Assembly: GCA_964016885.1 (NCBI GenBank)
Contig: OZ024752.1
Span: 50,096,001 to 50,160,000 of the forward strand
Length of the DNA stretch: 64,000 nt
Source of the DNA: Eledone cirrhosa
Taxonomy: Eukaryota
Reading direction: 5' to 3'
The notes beneath the pieces are model-generated. The model did no database searches. It was not told where the DNA came from and saw nothing but the letters and a program-made list of their open reading frames with translations. A program made the translations under genes and the position numbers. Below are positions 11,366-24,943 of this stretch, one piece after another (within the stretch, counting starts at the first letter, position 1; every line of letters begins with the position of its first letter).

Positions 11366-12712
11366 AACGAGATGCAATTTGGGTTTGTTCCAGGGAAAGG
11401 CACCACTGATGCGCTCTTCCTTGTGAGGCAATTACAGGAAAAGTACCTAGCTAAAAGTAAGCCACTCTACTTGGCATTTGTCGACCTTGAGAAAGCCTTT
11501 GACAGAGTTCCACGTGCAGTAATCTGGTGGGCTCTTAGAAAACTAGGAGTAGATGAATGGCTTGTGAAAGCGGTACAAGCCATGTATAGGGGAGCAGTCA
11601 GCAAAGTTAGGATTGGCAATGAGTATAGCGAGGAATTTAGCGTACAGGTTGGGGTCCACCAGGGCTCTGTTCTTAGCCCTCTCCTGTTCATCATAGTCCT
11701 GCAGGCAATAACGGAGGAGTTTAAGACCGGATGCCCATGGGAACTCCTGTATGCTGATGACCTCGCACTCATAGCTGAATCTATGGTAGAACTAGAGAAT
11801 AAATTCCAAACCTGGAAGCAGGGACTAGAGAGAAAGGGCCTCAAAGTCAACATGACAAAGACTAAGGTCCTTATAAGTAGACGAGAAAACAGAACCCAGA
11901 TCCCCTCAGGGAAATGGCCTTGCTCAGTATGTAGGAAAGGTGTAGGTAGGAACTCCATTCTCTGCCCCAAATGCAAACAATGGGTACACAAGAGATGTAG
12001 CGGGATCTCAGGAAGCTTAATTAAGAATGTAGGATTCACATGCAGCAGCTGTGCTGAAACAGCAAGCAAACAGCCACAGGAAACAAGTACCACCAATCTC
12101 TGGGAGGGCCCTGTAGAAACAGTAGACAGCTTCTGCTACCTAGGTGACCGAATTAGCAACGGAGGTGGGTGCTCAGAAAGTACAATAACTAGGGTAAGAA
12201 CGGGATGGAAGAAGTTTAGGGAACTACTACCACTGCTAGCTGCAAAAGGCTTCTCCCTCAGAATGAAAGGCAGACTGTATGATGCGTGTATCCGAACAGC
12301 GATGTTGCATGGTAGTGAGACCTGGGCGCTGAAGGTGGAAGACTTACGTAGATTAGAGAGAAACGAAGCCTGCATGCTCCGATGGATGTGTAACAGTAAT
12401 ATACGTGAACGACAAAGCATAAATGAATTGAGAGAGAGACTGAGCATAAGAGGAATCAAATGCTGCGTGCAGGAGAGGCGGTTACGCTGGTATGGACATG
12501 TGATGCGTATGAAGGATGACAGCTGCATAAAAAGGTGCAGAGCACTAGAAGTTGATGGAAACCGCGGAGTGGGGAGACCCAAGATGACTTGGGATGAGGT
12601 GATAAAAGCCGACCTTACCCAACTACACCTCTCAAAGTCAATGACACACGACCGTGACTTCTGGCGTCACGCAGTAATACAGGGTACCCGACCTCCCATG
12701 GGTACATGCTGA
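11366..12712 (+). CDS. Partial RTE ORF2 (RT with embedded PHD-type finger). The N-terminal part of the track ORF is microsatellite.
   Basis: QFGFVPGKGTTDA, FVDLEKAFDRV, GVHQGSVLSPLLF, LYADDL, FCYLG, LHGSETW, RRLRWYGHVMR, GRPKMTW. Confidence 0.92.
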   Translation, partial: NEMQFGFVPGKGTTDALFLVRQLQEKYLAKSKPLYLAFVDLEKAFDRVPRAVIWWALRKLGVDEWLVKAVQAMYRGAVSKVRIGNEYSEEFSVQVGVHQGSVLSPLLFIIVLQAITEEFKTGCPWELLYADDLALIAESMVELENKFQTWKQGLERKGLKVNMTKTKVLISRRENRTQIPSGKWPCSVCRKGVGRNSILCPKCKQWVHKRCSGISGSLIKNVGFTCSSCAETASKQPQETSTTNLWEGPVETVDSFCYLGDRISNGGGCSESTITRVRTGWKKFRELLPLLAAKGFSLRMKGRLYDACIRTAMLHGSETWALKVEDLRRLERNEACMLRWMCNSNIRERQSINELRERLSIRGIKCCVQERRLRWYGHVMRMKDDSCIKRCRALEVDGNRGVGRPKMTWDEVIKADLTQLHLSKSMTHDRDFWRHAVIQGTRPPMGTC

Positions 12713-13018
12713 AGCATATAAACAATATGCCCCCCCCCCCCACCGCAAGGTGGTCGTGGAGGTGCCACGGCAAAAAAGCACCCAGCCCACACTGTAAAGT
12801 GGACGTGTAGGCGCCACGAAAAAGCACCCAGCACTCACTGTAAATGAGGTTGGTGTTAGGAAGGGCATCCAGCTGTAGAAATCAAGCCAGATCAGTTCCT
12901 GTATGAGCAAGGCATGGTCAGCCGACCAGACACTGCCCACAACAGGACAACCCGTCTAACCCATGCTAGCGTGGAAGAACGGACGTAAAACGGTGATGAT
13001 GATGATGATGATGATGAT
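11366..13018 (+). mobile_element. 5'-truncated RTE-clade LINE with (GAT)n tail
   Basis: RT and RTE-type C-terminus in one open frame, 3' region ending ggacgtaaaacgg(tga)n. (TATTA)n lies on both flanks. Confidence 0.92.
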
Positions 13019-14144
13019 TATATTATATTATATTATATTATATTATATTATATTATATTATATTATATTATACCATATTATATTATACCATATTATATTA
13101 TATTATATTATATTATATTATATTATATTATATTATATTATATTATATTATATTATATTATATTATATTATATTATACTATATTATACCATATTATATTA
13201 TATTATATTATATTATATTATATTATATTATATTATATTATATTATATTATATTATATTATATTATATTATATTATATTATATTATATTATATTATATTA
13301 TATTATATTATATTATATTATATTATATTATATTATATTATATTATATTATATTATATTATATTATATTATATTATATTATATTATATTATATTATATTA
13401 TATTATATTATATTATATTATATTATATTATATTATATTATATTATATTATATTATATTATATTATATTATATTATATTATATTATATTATATTATATTA
13501 TATTATATTATATTATATTATATTATATTATATTATATTATATTATATTATATTATATTATATTATATTATATTATATTATATTATATTATATTATATTA
13601 TATTATATTATATTATATTATATTATATTATATTATATTATATTATATTATATTATATTATATTATATTATATTATATTATATTATATTATATTATATTA
13701 TATTATATTATATTATATTATATTATATTATATTATATTATATTATATTATATTATATTATATTATATTATATTATATTATATTATATTATATTATATTA
13801 TATTATATTATATTATATTATATTATATTATATTATATTATATTATATTATATTATATTATATTATATTATATTATATTATATTATATTATATTATATTA
13901 TATTATATTATATTATATTATATTATATTATATTATATTATATTATATTATATTATATTATATTATATTATATTATATTATATTATATTATATTATATTA
14001 TATTATATTATATTATATTATATTATATTATATTATATTATATTATATTATATTATATTATATTATATTATATTATATTATATTATATTATATTATATTA
14101 TATTATATTATATTATATTATATTATATTATATTATATTATATT
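13017..14144. repeat. ~1.1-kb nearly pure (TATTA)n pentanucleotide array
   Basis: Direct reading. A few TACCA/TACTA variants occur only near the left end. Confidence 0.98.
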
Positions 14145-15365
14145 CTTTGAAAGAGTCTCGCCCAAAGTAAATTGAGAGACAATTTTAGGTTTGCCTAATA
14201 CACAATATATATTATTATTATTGATGCTACTTACACACGAAAATCATGTTTACAAAGACTATAGCATGAACATATCTACACATATAACTGTCTGCTGCAC
14301 AAACTGCATATGCATTAGCATTTTGAGACTGCTTAAAGCAAAACACAATTCATTAAGTTACTATCCTGATGAATCACTGGGAAAAACCTGTCACCAAAAT
14401 AAATGTAATATCCAACGATGAAGGAACTGTATCTTCCATACGTTAACAACGCGGATCCAAAGAACACAACACAAATATATCAGTAAATAAATTGAGAGTT
14501 GGAATTAATAGGAATTGCTAATGGCATCTATTGGGCATGCTATTGCAAGCATGTAAAAAAAATATATATAAATGTTTTACTAATAGAAACTTTCCAGCTA
14601 TATACTTTATACTTTCTATCTGAAGGCAATTTAGTCTGCATTCATATCTGTTCCATTATTGGAGGGGAAAAAACACTAATAATAAAACATTTTATGTATT
14701 AGAAAGTTTTTGTTACATTTTTCTCCATTTTAGCAGAGTATTTTAAAACTTGAAGTTGGTCAAAAAATACACAATTGATTCTTTTATGTACATAAATCAA
14801 TAATGTATTATTTTTTTTTTTTAATTGCTGTATGTAAATGATTTCTATTTAAATACACAACATATAATTTAATGGTTAACTTTGAAATTTTATTTTTTAC
14901 ATTTTGATTTTCATCTTAAGTAAAAACCATCTAAAACATTTAATATTGCTTATTGAAAACACTGAAATTCTTTACATACATATAGAAAAATGCCTAAATA
15001 TATTATATTATATTAAAGTAGAGACCCCGACAACTAATAAAATCAATGTTTATATGTATGTTATAAATCTATTACTTTGCCAATTACACTTTCCATGAAA
15101 TTTTAGCAATAAAACATCAAATAATCTATAACAACAAATTGCCTTTATTAATAATTACTCTTCAATAAGAATTCTATAATAATAAATTGCTATTATTAAT
15201 ATTTACCCTTCTATCAATATACTCTGATAATAAATAGCCTTTATTAATATTTACTCATATATATATATACATATATATATATGTGTGTGTGTATGTAAGT
15301 ATATATATGTGTAAGTATGTATATTATATATATATGTGTGTATATATATTAGATATATGTGTGTG

Positions 15366-15418
<53 letters not shown>

Positions 15419-15584
15419 ATAAAAATACTTGAGTGCGTTAGAGTTAAACACACTCGTCGTATTAGAGAAATGACAGTATAAGATATAGCTCAATGTTATC
15501 AAACAGAGCCGAAAAATTATATAAAAATTAACAAAGAAGCCTTAATACATTAAAAATATTTAATTGGTGACAATGTTTCGTCCC

Positions 15585-15640
<56 letters not shown>

Positions 15641-15868
15641 TGAGTTGGTCTTCATCAGCTAATAAAGTAGATTATAAATTTAAGGAACTGGGTCTGTGTT
15701 AATGGGGTCACAGGACAATTGCTCCCTTTTCCCCCATTAAATCCAGCCATGGGTATAGTGTATCTAAATAAAGGTATCACTTATCTAAATATAAATACTG
15801 TAAAACAGTTTTGTATTGAAAAACAAGAGACAGTTTCAGGCAGTTTGATATTTTTGATATGAAACTAA

Positions 15869-17458
15869 TTAACCCTTTAGTATTTAAACCAGCCAGATCT
15901 GGCCAGAATTCTCTCACCTCATTCTGTTCAAACTGGCTGTAACTAGCTGCTCATACTTATGTTAAGGTATTGTTCTCAAAATAAATAACATTAAAATCTC
16001 ATAGATTTGATATTACATGAGATATTATGTGAGGTAAAGCCTTTACTGTGAAAATACAATAGTATATATAGAGTAATGTAAATGTTATGTGAGATATTAT
16101 GTGAGGTAAAGCCTTTACTGTGAAAATACAATAGTATATATAGAGTAATGTAAATGTTATGTGAGATATTATGTGAGGTAAAGCCTTTACTGTGAAAATA
16201 CAATAGTATATATAGAGTAATGTAAATGTTATGTGAGATATTATGTGAGGTAAAGCCTTTACTGTGAAAATACAATAGTATATATAGAGTAATGTAAATG
16301 TTATGTGAGGTAATTATGTGAGGTAAAGCCTTTACTGTGAAAATACAATAGTAATATAGAGTAATATAAATGTTATGTGAGATATTATCTGAGGTAAAGC
16401 CTTTACTGTGAAAATACAATAGTAATATAGAGTAATATAAATGTTATGTGAGATATTATGTGAGGTAAAGCCTGTACTGTGAAAATACAATAGTATATAT
16501 AGAGTAATGTAAATGTTATGTGAGATATTATGTGAGGTAAAGCCTTTACTGTGAAAATACAATAGTATATATAGAGTAATGTAAATGTTATGTGAGATAT
16601 TATGTGAGATAAAGCCTTTACCATGAACATACAATAGTAATATAGAGTAATATAAATGTTATGTGAGATATTATGTGAGGTAAAGCCTTTACTGTGAAAA
16701 TACAATAGTATATATAGAGTAATGTAAATGTTATGTGAGATATTATGTGAGGTAAAGCCTTTACTGTGAAAATACAATAGTATATATAGAGTAATGTAAA
16801 TGTTATTTGAGATATTATGTGAGGTAAAGCCTTTACTGTGAAAATACAATAGTAATATAGAGTAATATAAATGTTATGTGAGATATTATCTGAGGTAAAG
16901 CCTTTACTGTGAAAATACAATAGTATATATAGAGTCATGTAAATGTTATGTGAGATATTATGTGAGGTAAAGCCTTTACAGTGAAAATACAATAGTAATA
17001 TAGAGTAATATAAATGTTATGTGAGATATTATGTGAGGTAAAGCCTTTACTGTGAAAATACAATAGTATATATAGAGTAATGTAAATGTTATGTGAGATA
17101 TTATGTGAGGTAAAGCCTTTACTGTGAAAATACAATAGTATATATAGAGTAATGTAAATGTTATTTGAGATATTATGTGAGGTAAAGCCTTTACTGTGAA
17201 AATACAATAGTAATATAGAGTAATATAAATGTTATGTGAGATATTATCTGAGGTAAAGCCTTTACTGTGAAAATACAATAGTATATATAGAGTCATGTAA
17301 ATGTTATGTGAGATATTATGTGAGGTAAAGCCTTTACAGTGAAAATACAATAGTAATATAGAGTAATATAAATGTTATGTGAGATATTATGTGAGGTAAA
17401 GCCTTCACTGTGAAAATACAATAGTATATATAGAGTAATATAAATGCTAAAGGGTTAA
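15869..17458 (+). mobile_element. TTAA-flanked piggyBac-like MITE (family 1) expanded by an internal minisatellite
   Basis: TTAA-CCCTTTAGTATTTA ... TAAATGCTAAAGGG-TTAA terminal inverted repeats, with no ORF. Confidence 0.8.
16012..17446. repeat. 71-72-bp minisatellite (~20 units) with a 358-bp higher-order duplication
   Basis: Unit gagatattatgtgaggtaaagcctttactgtgaaaatacaatagtatatatagagtaatgtaaatgttatgt. The variant pattern repeats at a 358-bp offset. Confidence 0.95.
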
Positions 17459-17655
17459 ACCAGCCACATCTGGCCAGAATTCTCTCACTCCTTTCTGTTC
17501 AAACTGACTGTAACTGGCCACTCATACTGATGTTAAAGTCTTATTCTCAAAATAAATAATATCAAAATCTCATAGATTTATATTACGTGAGATAAAAGCT
17601 TTTACCACAAAAATACAATAGTAAATATAGAGTAATGTAAATGCTAAAGGGTTAA
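17459..17655 (+). mobile_element. Unexpanded tandem copy of MITE family 1
   Basis: ggccagaattctctcac ... taaatgctaaagggttaa, carrying a single copy of the minisatellite unit. Confidence 0.8.
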
Positions 17656-18016
17656 AGTATCCATATTTAAATTAAAACCTTCCAACATAATTAAAATGAT
17701 GTGAGAAATTTGGTTGTACAATGTTTCAATCAACATCTTAACAATAAAAAACAATAAAAAAGTTATATTATTGAATCCTTCCAAATATTTTTGGTTATTT
17801 TGAAAATAAATTGAAATACATGGGCTATATATTCCTTTAGAAATATGGCAATAAAAGAGTTAATTTTATTAATACCAACCTGGCCAAATCAAGCTCTGGT
17901 TCTAAGAAATAAAGCCCCTTATCTTAAAAGGTCCCTAATTAAATTAAAATCTTCCAACATACAATACATGCACCTTTGATGAGTTGTAGTGCACCTGAGC
18001 ACTGTACACAATAATT

Positions 18017-18060
<44 letters not shown>

Positions 18061-18223
18061 TAATATAAATACTGTAAAACAGTTTTGTATTGAAAAACGA
18101 GAGACAGTTTCAGGTGGTTTGATATAAAAATGATTAACCCTTTAGCATTTAAACCGGCTGAATCTGGCCAGAATTCTCTCACCTCTCTCTGTTCAATACC
18201 AAATTAGTAAACTAGTAATGAAA

Positions 18224-18411
18224 TAATTGTTTCTACTTTAGGCACAAGGCCAGAAATTAACCAGTGCATTACTGGTACTTTATTTTATCGACCCCGTAAG
18301 GATGAAAGGCAAAGTCAGCCTCGGCGGAATTTGAACTCAGATCGTAAAGGGACGTAACTATGCTGGAAAGCATGGCGTCCGACCCTCCACCGATACTGCC
18401 AATCCACCGCC
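18224..18411 (-). mobile_element. SINE family A with a 17-bp target-site duplication
   Basis: ACTAGTAATGAAATAAT at 18211-18227 and 18412-18428. Confidence 0.92.
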
Positions 18412-18948
18412 ACTAGTAATGAAATAATGAATGATTTTAGTATTTCCTTGCTTTACCCCAGTATGTTATGAGTTCAAATCAGGCTAACTAAGCTCAAATT
18501 TGCTTTTTCTTATTCTAAAAGCTTTAAAATAAGAACGCATCAAGTAATGTGGGCGATGGTGGGGATTAAATGGAATCCCCCCACACATACATACACTGGC
18601 TTCCTCCTATAAAAATATTTGGTCTTGTGCCAATACCAGGAATCAATAGCTAAAGATATGACAAAACATAACTACAATAAAGAAAGAAAATGTTTAAAAA
18701 ATTCAAGAAAGAGAGGAGTTTATTTTGATTCAAGTTGTCATAAGATTTGATTTGTGACATGAATTAGTTGAAACTTAGTCTTAGTTTTAATCTAAAATTC
18801 TAATGTACCACCATATATGGTTTCATAGGAAATATTTCGTTTGATGAAATAATGAAATATTAGATGTTGGCGAAACTGGTTCAAATGACTTCAATGCCAT
18901 AAATAATTCATACAAAAAAAATAACACAGTAACAACAACAACAACAAC

Positions 18949-18980
<32 letters not shown>

Positions 18981-19581
18981 GTTAACTCTAAATATAATAA
19001 ACTTTAAAAAAAAAAAACATTAATTGAAAATAAAACAAAAACATATTTTCAAGTGTTTATGACAAAATTGATAAGAGAGACAACAATAACAACAACAACA
19101 ACACTGGAAAGCTGTATTTATATTTATGGTGATGATTATACAAATTCAGACTTCACCTCTCTTTTACATGTTTTTTTTTTGTTTGTTTTTTTTCAAAGAA
19201 CAGCATTTTAAACGTTAAGTTCTTTGGACAATTTTTATAAATCACAATCATCATCATTATCATCAACAGTTTCGTTGGTTTTGGTCAACAAAAAAGCCTC
19301 TATGCATTAACTCGATTGGCTGGAAATGGTAGCCAAGTCCTACTGAAATCTCAATTTACCGTCTTCAAAATGTAAAGCCCCACTAAATCTTGGATATACT
19401 ATTTGAAAAAGAAAAGATGAGAGAGACACGGCTGGAATACCCTTCTTCCTGTGCTCAATAAGTGCTGATGTAGGGTTTGAACCTCACTTCATTCTTTGTG
19501 GCCCGATGGCTGAGCTCTTGCCATTTCAACATTTTGGAACTAGCTGTTGAAACAGCAAGAGCTCAGCCCCAACTCTTCCTA

Positions 19582-19638
<57 letters not shown>

Positions 19639-19790
19639 TGTTTATAGAGCAACATTTTCGAAGATTATTATTATAGTATACATTCTATTGAGTTTTCTGA
19701 CTTATTAACAATAGGAAGTGAAATATACAACAATAGGAAACAATAGGAACTGAGATATATAACACTAGGAAATAATAAGAAGTGGGATGT

Positions 19791-20148
19791 ACAACACAAC
19801 ACAACACAACACAACACAACCCAACACACACAACACCCACAACACCCAACACACCCAACACACACAACACAACACCCAGCACCGAACACCGAATACCCAC
19901 AACACAACACACAACACCGACAACACAACACAACACAACACAACCCAACACACACAACACAACCCAACACACACAACACCCAACACACCCAACACACACA
20001 ACACCGAACACCGAATACCCACAACACAACACTCAACACCGACAACACAACACAACACAACACAACACAACACACACAACACACACAACACCGAACACCG
20101 AATACCCACAACACAACACTCAACACCGACAACACAACACAACACACA
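19791..20148. repeat. Compound (ACACA)n repeat with a recurring caccgaacaccgaataccc motif
   Basis: Direct reading. The motif recurs three times. Confidence 0.9.
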
Positions 20149-20254
20149 ATAAATTAAACCAAGCTAAATAAGAACTAGTAAAAGTTGAGTAAAGTTGAAT
20201 TATTCATCTTGAAAGTGACCCTAACTGAGGTAAAGTGTTTTACAAACAATATTA

Positions 20255-20595
20255 TATCTGTTGTATTTGTTGTATTTGTTGTATTTGTTGTATTTGTTGT
20301 ATCTGTTGTATTTGTTGTATTATGGAATAATGGAAATGGTGGGATTCATTGTTGACATAACAACGACAGCAAGCAGCAGCCATATAATATGGTTTCAATA
20401 GTTTCTGGAGGAAATATTTGTAGATAATAGAAGTATTAGGATAAATAATGGGATAATAATAATAATAAAGGGAAGAAGAAGGTGAAGAAGAAGAAGAAGG
20501 AGAAGAAGAAGAAGAAGAAGAAGAAGAAGAAGAAGAAGAAGAAGAAGAAGAAGAAGAAGAAGAAGAATGATAATAATAATAATAATAATAATAAT
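20255..20595. repeat. (TGTTGTATT)n, (GAA)n and (TAA)n simple repeats
   Basis: Direct reading. Confidence 0.9.
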
Positions 20596-22026
20596 GGTGA
20601 GAATGATAATGAGAATGAATTCTATATGCTGCCTGGAGAAACAATTAACTAAGATTTTTCGCTGCATTTGCATATACTTCATTTGCATATACTTCAAATA
20701 AGAATTATAGTTAATAAAAGCGAATAGTGTTATATTTAATATTACATTTCCAATATATTTAGAGAAATTAAAAAACACACACAAAACAACAACAAAAAAA
20801 AATGTGTGCTTGTTGGTTGGGTGAACAGTGGTAAAAAAAAAAAAAGTCTCTTTATTTGAAAATCTAGAAGTATTGATTATTGAGGTCATATATATTCAGA
20901 TGTCATTCAAAATGTAACAAATCAAAATTTAAAAGTATGAAAAGAATATTTTTTTTAAAAAAAAATTTTTTTTTTTTTAAATAATAATAATAATAATAAT
21001 AAATATTCCAGTTTAATTAAAATTTTGTAGAGTTTTTCATAAAATTAATTAATAGGATTTGTTGGTTCTTTTACTGTATGACATAAGCCGAAGCTATTTA
21101 TGGTGATACACTATAATGGAACATTCGCCTGAAGAATTAGAGGAATATATATAAAAAAAAAAAAACTAAATATCTTAGCAATTACATTGTAAGTCAACTG
21201 AAAATGTGCAAAAGGCCTCTAGTCAGAGATGAAGTTGTTAGTATTGTTCCTAACTATCTTGAGTGAAGTGTCCCGGAACTCAGAAAGTAGCTGAATGAAA
21301 CTTGTACAAATATACTGTCGGTTCCAGCAGTACTTTGTAATGAGTTTAATATTGATAAGGTGATTTTTGCCATCATCACTAAAAATGACTATTTTAAAGT
21401 TAACACGAGAATGTTAATTCTTTGGAATGTAAGTGAGATGGTGGAGGAGAGGAAGAAGTCGAAGAAGAGAGGATAATAGGAAGAAAATAAACAACAAAGA
21501 AAAAGAAAAGAAAATGAAATGAAATAAAATAAAATAAAATAAAATAAAATAAAATAAAATAAAATGAAATAAAATAAAATAAAATAAAATAAAATAAAAT
21601 AAAATAAAATAAAATAAAATAAAATTTTAAAAAAGAGTTGAAAGTGTGAGAGGTAAAAAGAAAAAAAAAACAGTAAAAAAAATATATAAAATATAAAATA
21701 AAAAAAGAGAGTGGAAGAGAAAGTGAGAGGTGAAAAGTGAGGAGAGAAAAAAATGAAAAAATAAAATCAAAACTGAAGCTTCTAGCTTTCGTGTGTCAAG
21801 TGTAGGGGGCCAGAAGGCTACACATGCAAAGTAATTCTTTCATTCTCAGAATATTTTATGAATATTATCTTAAGTTATCAATGCTTTGCCAATTCATTTT
21901 TATTTTAATCAGAAATACCTTCCAGGTAGATGGCAAGAATTATTAACATCTTGTTTTTTTGTTTTTTCTTTTGGATAAAACACAACTACTACTGCTACAA
22001 CTATAACAGCAACAACTACTGCTACA

Positions 22027-22057
<31 letters not shown>

Positions 22058-23124
22058 TAACAGCAACAACTACTACTACTACTACTACTACTATACTACT
22101 AGTACTAAATTCTACACAACAGATTAACATGATGTAAAAGGCCAAAATGTCGCCATGCTGGTCATTTCCTCAATTGTCCAAACTACCAACCCATCAAACC
22201 CACCAACCAGCAACCCGATAATGCTTCCAGTCTTTTTTCTTTCTTCGTTCAATATTTTTTTTTTATATTTAAAAGATACTTTCTTCAGTTCACATTTCTC
22301 TCTTCCTTTCCTTCTTTCTCTCTTCCTTTCTCTCTTTCTTTCTTTATTTATTTATTATATATTTATTTTATATTTTTTATACGAAATGTCATTATTATTC
22401 CATTTTTATTTTATTTATGATTATAGCTTTGTTTTCTTTGTTTGTGTGTATTTTTTTGTGGAAGTTATTATATTATTTATTTGGTTCCTTTTTTTTGTAT
22501 TTTCTTCACATATTCAGCAACTTATTTGCATTAGATCCTTCCACCCCACCTCACCAATACCCCAGCCCACCTCATCACACCTCAACCCACCACACTTCTC
22601 CTAGTTCTTTCCCTATTTGCAAACTCTAATTCTTTCTTTTTCTTATTATTCAATTCATTCAATTCATTCATTCATTCTTTCTTTCTTTCATGTGTGTGTG
22701 TGGCGCCATCTCTTGGGCTTCATCATATTCTTATCCTCCTTGTTACCAACAATGGCGATGCCCTAGCATGGCCGCAGACCATGGGCTAGAGAACGGGTTT
22801 AAAGTGTTAAAGAGAAACTGAGTAAACATCATACATGGCAGTAACATTCTTTACTTCCCCTCGCCCCCATTTATCTTACCCTCCACCGCCACCCCTTGCC
22901 CCTAATCGATAAACCTATTGCTTTTCTCAACTTACACCCTTTATCTAATTTAGCTATTCCCATAGTGAGTATTTCACAATTCTGAAATAATCAATATAAC
23001 ATCTATTTGCAATGATGCACAGTATATCAATAGATCTCTCTCATCTTTTAAAGGAAAGACAATAATAAATAAATAACAATATACCCCCCCTCACAAAAAA
23101 ACAAAGTATAGAAAAGAAAATATG

Positions 23125-24340
<1,216 letters not shown>

Positions 24341-24516
24341 GCTCTATGGTTCTTATATATTTGATATATATTTATCCTTATCGATCTCTCTTTGGATTTT
24401 AGTCTTCAAATTTATTATTATTAACTTTGCCTTTCATCCTTACGGGGTCGATAAAATAAAGTACCAGTAATGTAATGGGTAATTGCTGGCCTTGTGCCAA
24501 AAGTAGAAACAATTAT

Positions 24517-24560
<44 letters not shown>

Positions 24561-24943
24561 ATACATATATATATATATGTGTGTGTGTGTATATATATAT
24601 ATATAAGTGTGTATATATATATATATATCTGTGTGTGTATATATATATCCATGAGGTTAGATGTGTCAGGAACAGAATCCACATTTGCTGACTGAGGATC
24701 CTGTGGACTGTTATACTGCACATGTTGCTGGTGAAACGAACAAGATTCGTATCAGCAAACCTATAGTTATAAGGTTGGTAATTTAAAACTCTAATTCAGA
24801 GATTTGATTGTGACTTACTTTTTTTCTATTTAATTGCTAAACCTGTAGATATTCTCTATACAGTAACGGTAAAACTCACTTGTAATAATTCTTTACACAC
24901 ATCTCACTGTGTAACACACTTCTATTTGTGTAATATATTTGTA

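Noticed and set aside
12963-14150. 395-aa ORF (YYIIL)n
   Set aside because: Translation of the (TATTA)n microsatellite.
15991-17350. Repetitive His/Tyr-rich ORFs
   Set aside because: Translations of a MITE-derived minisatellite whose 71/72-bp units break frame.
17965-18060. Short segment ending in (ATT)n, possibly another LINE 3' end
   Set aside because: No second copy or coding remnant in the window to support it.
21220-21379. Possible minus-strand terminal exon in phase with 27966-28105
   Set aside because: Weak acceptor, two frames open, and no recognisable protein features.
24645-24738. Minus-strand exon-like segment ([26 protein letters not shown])
   Set aside because: It has an acceptor but no GT donor before running into (TA)n, and this frame does not fit the phase of the 27966 exon.
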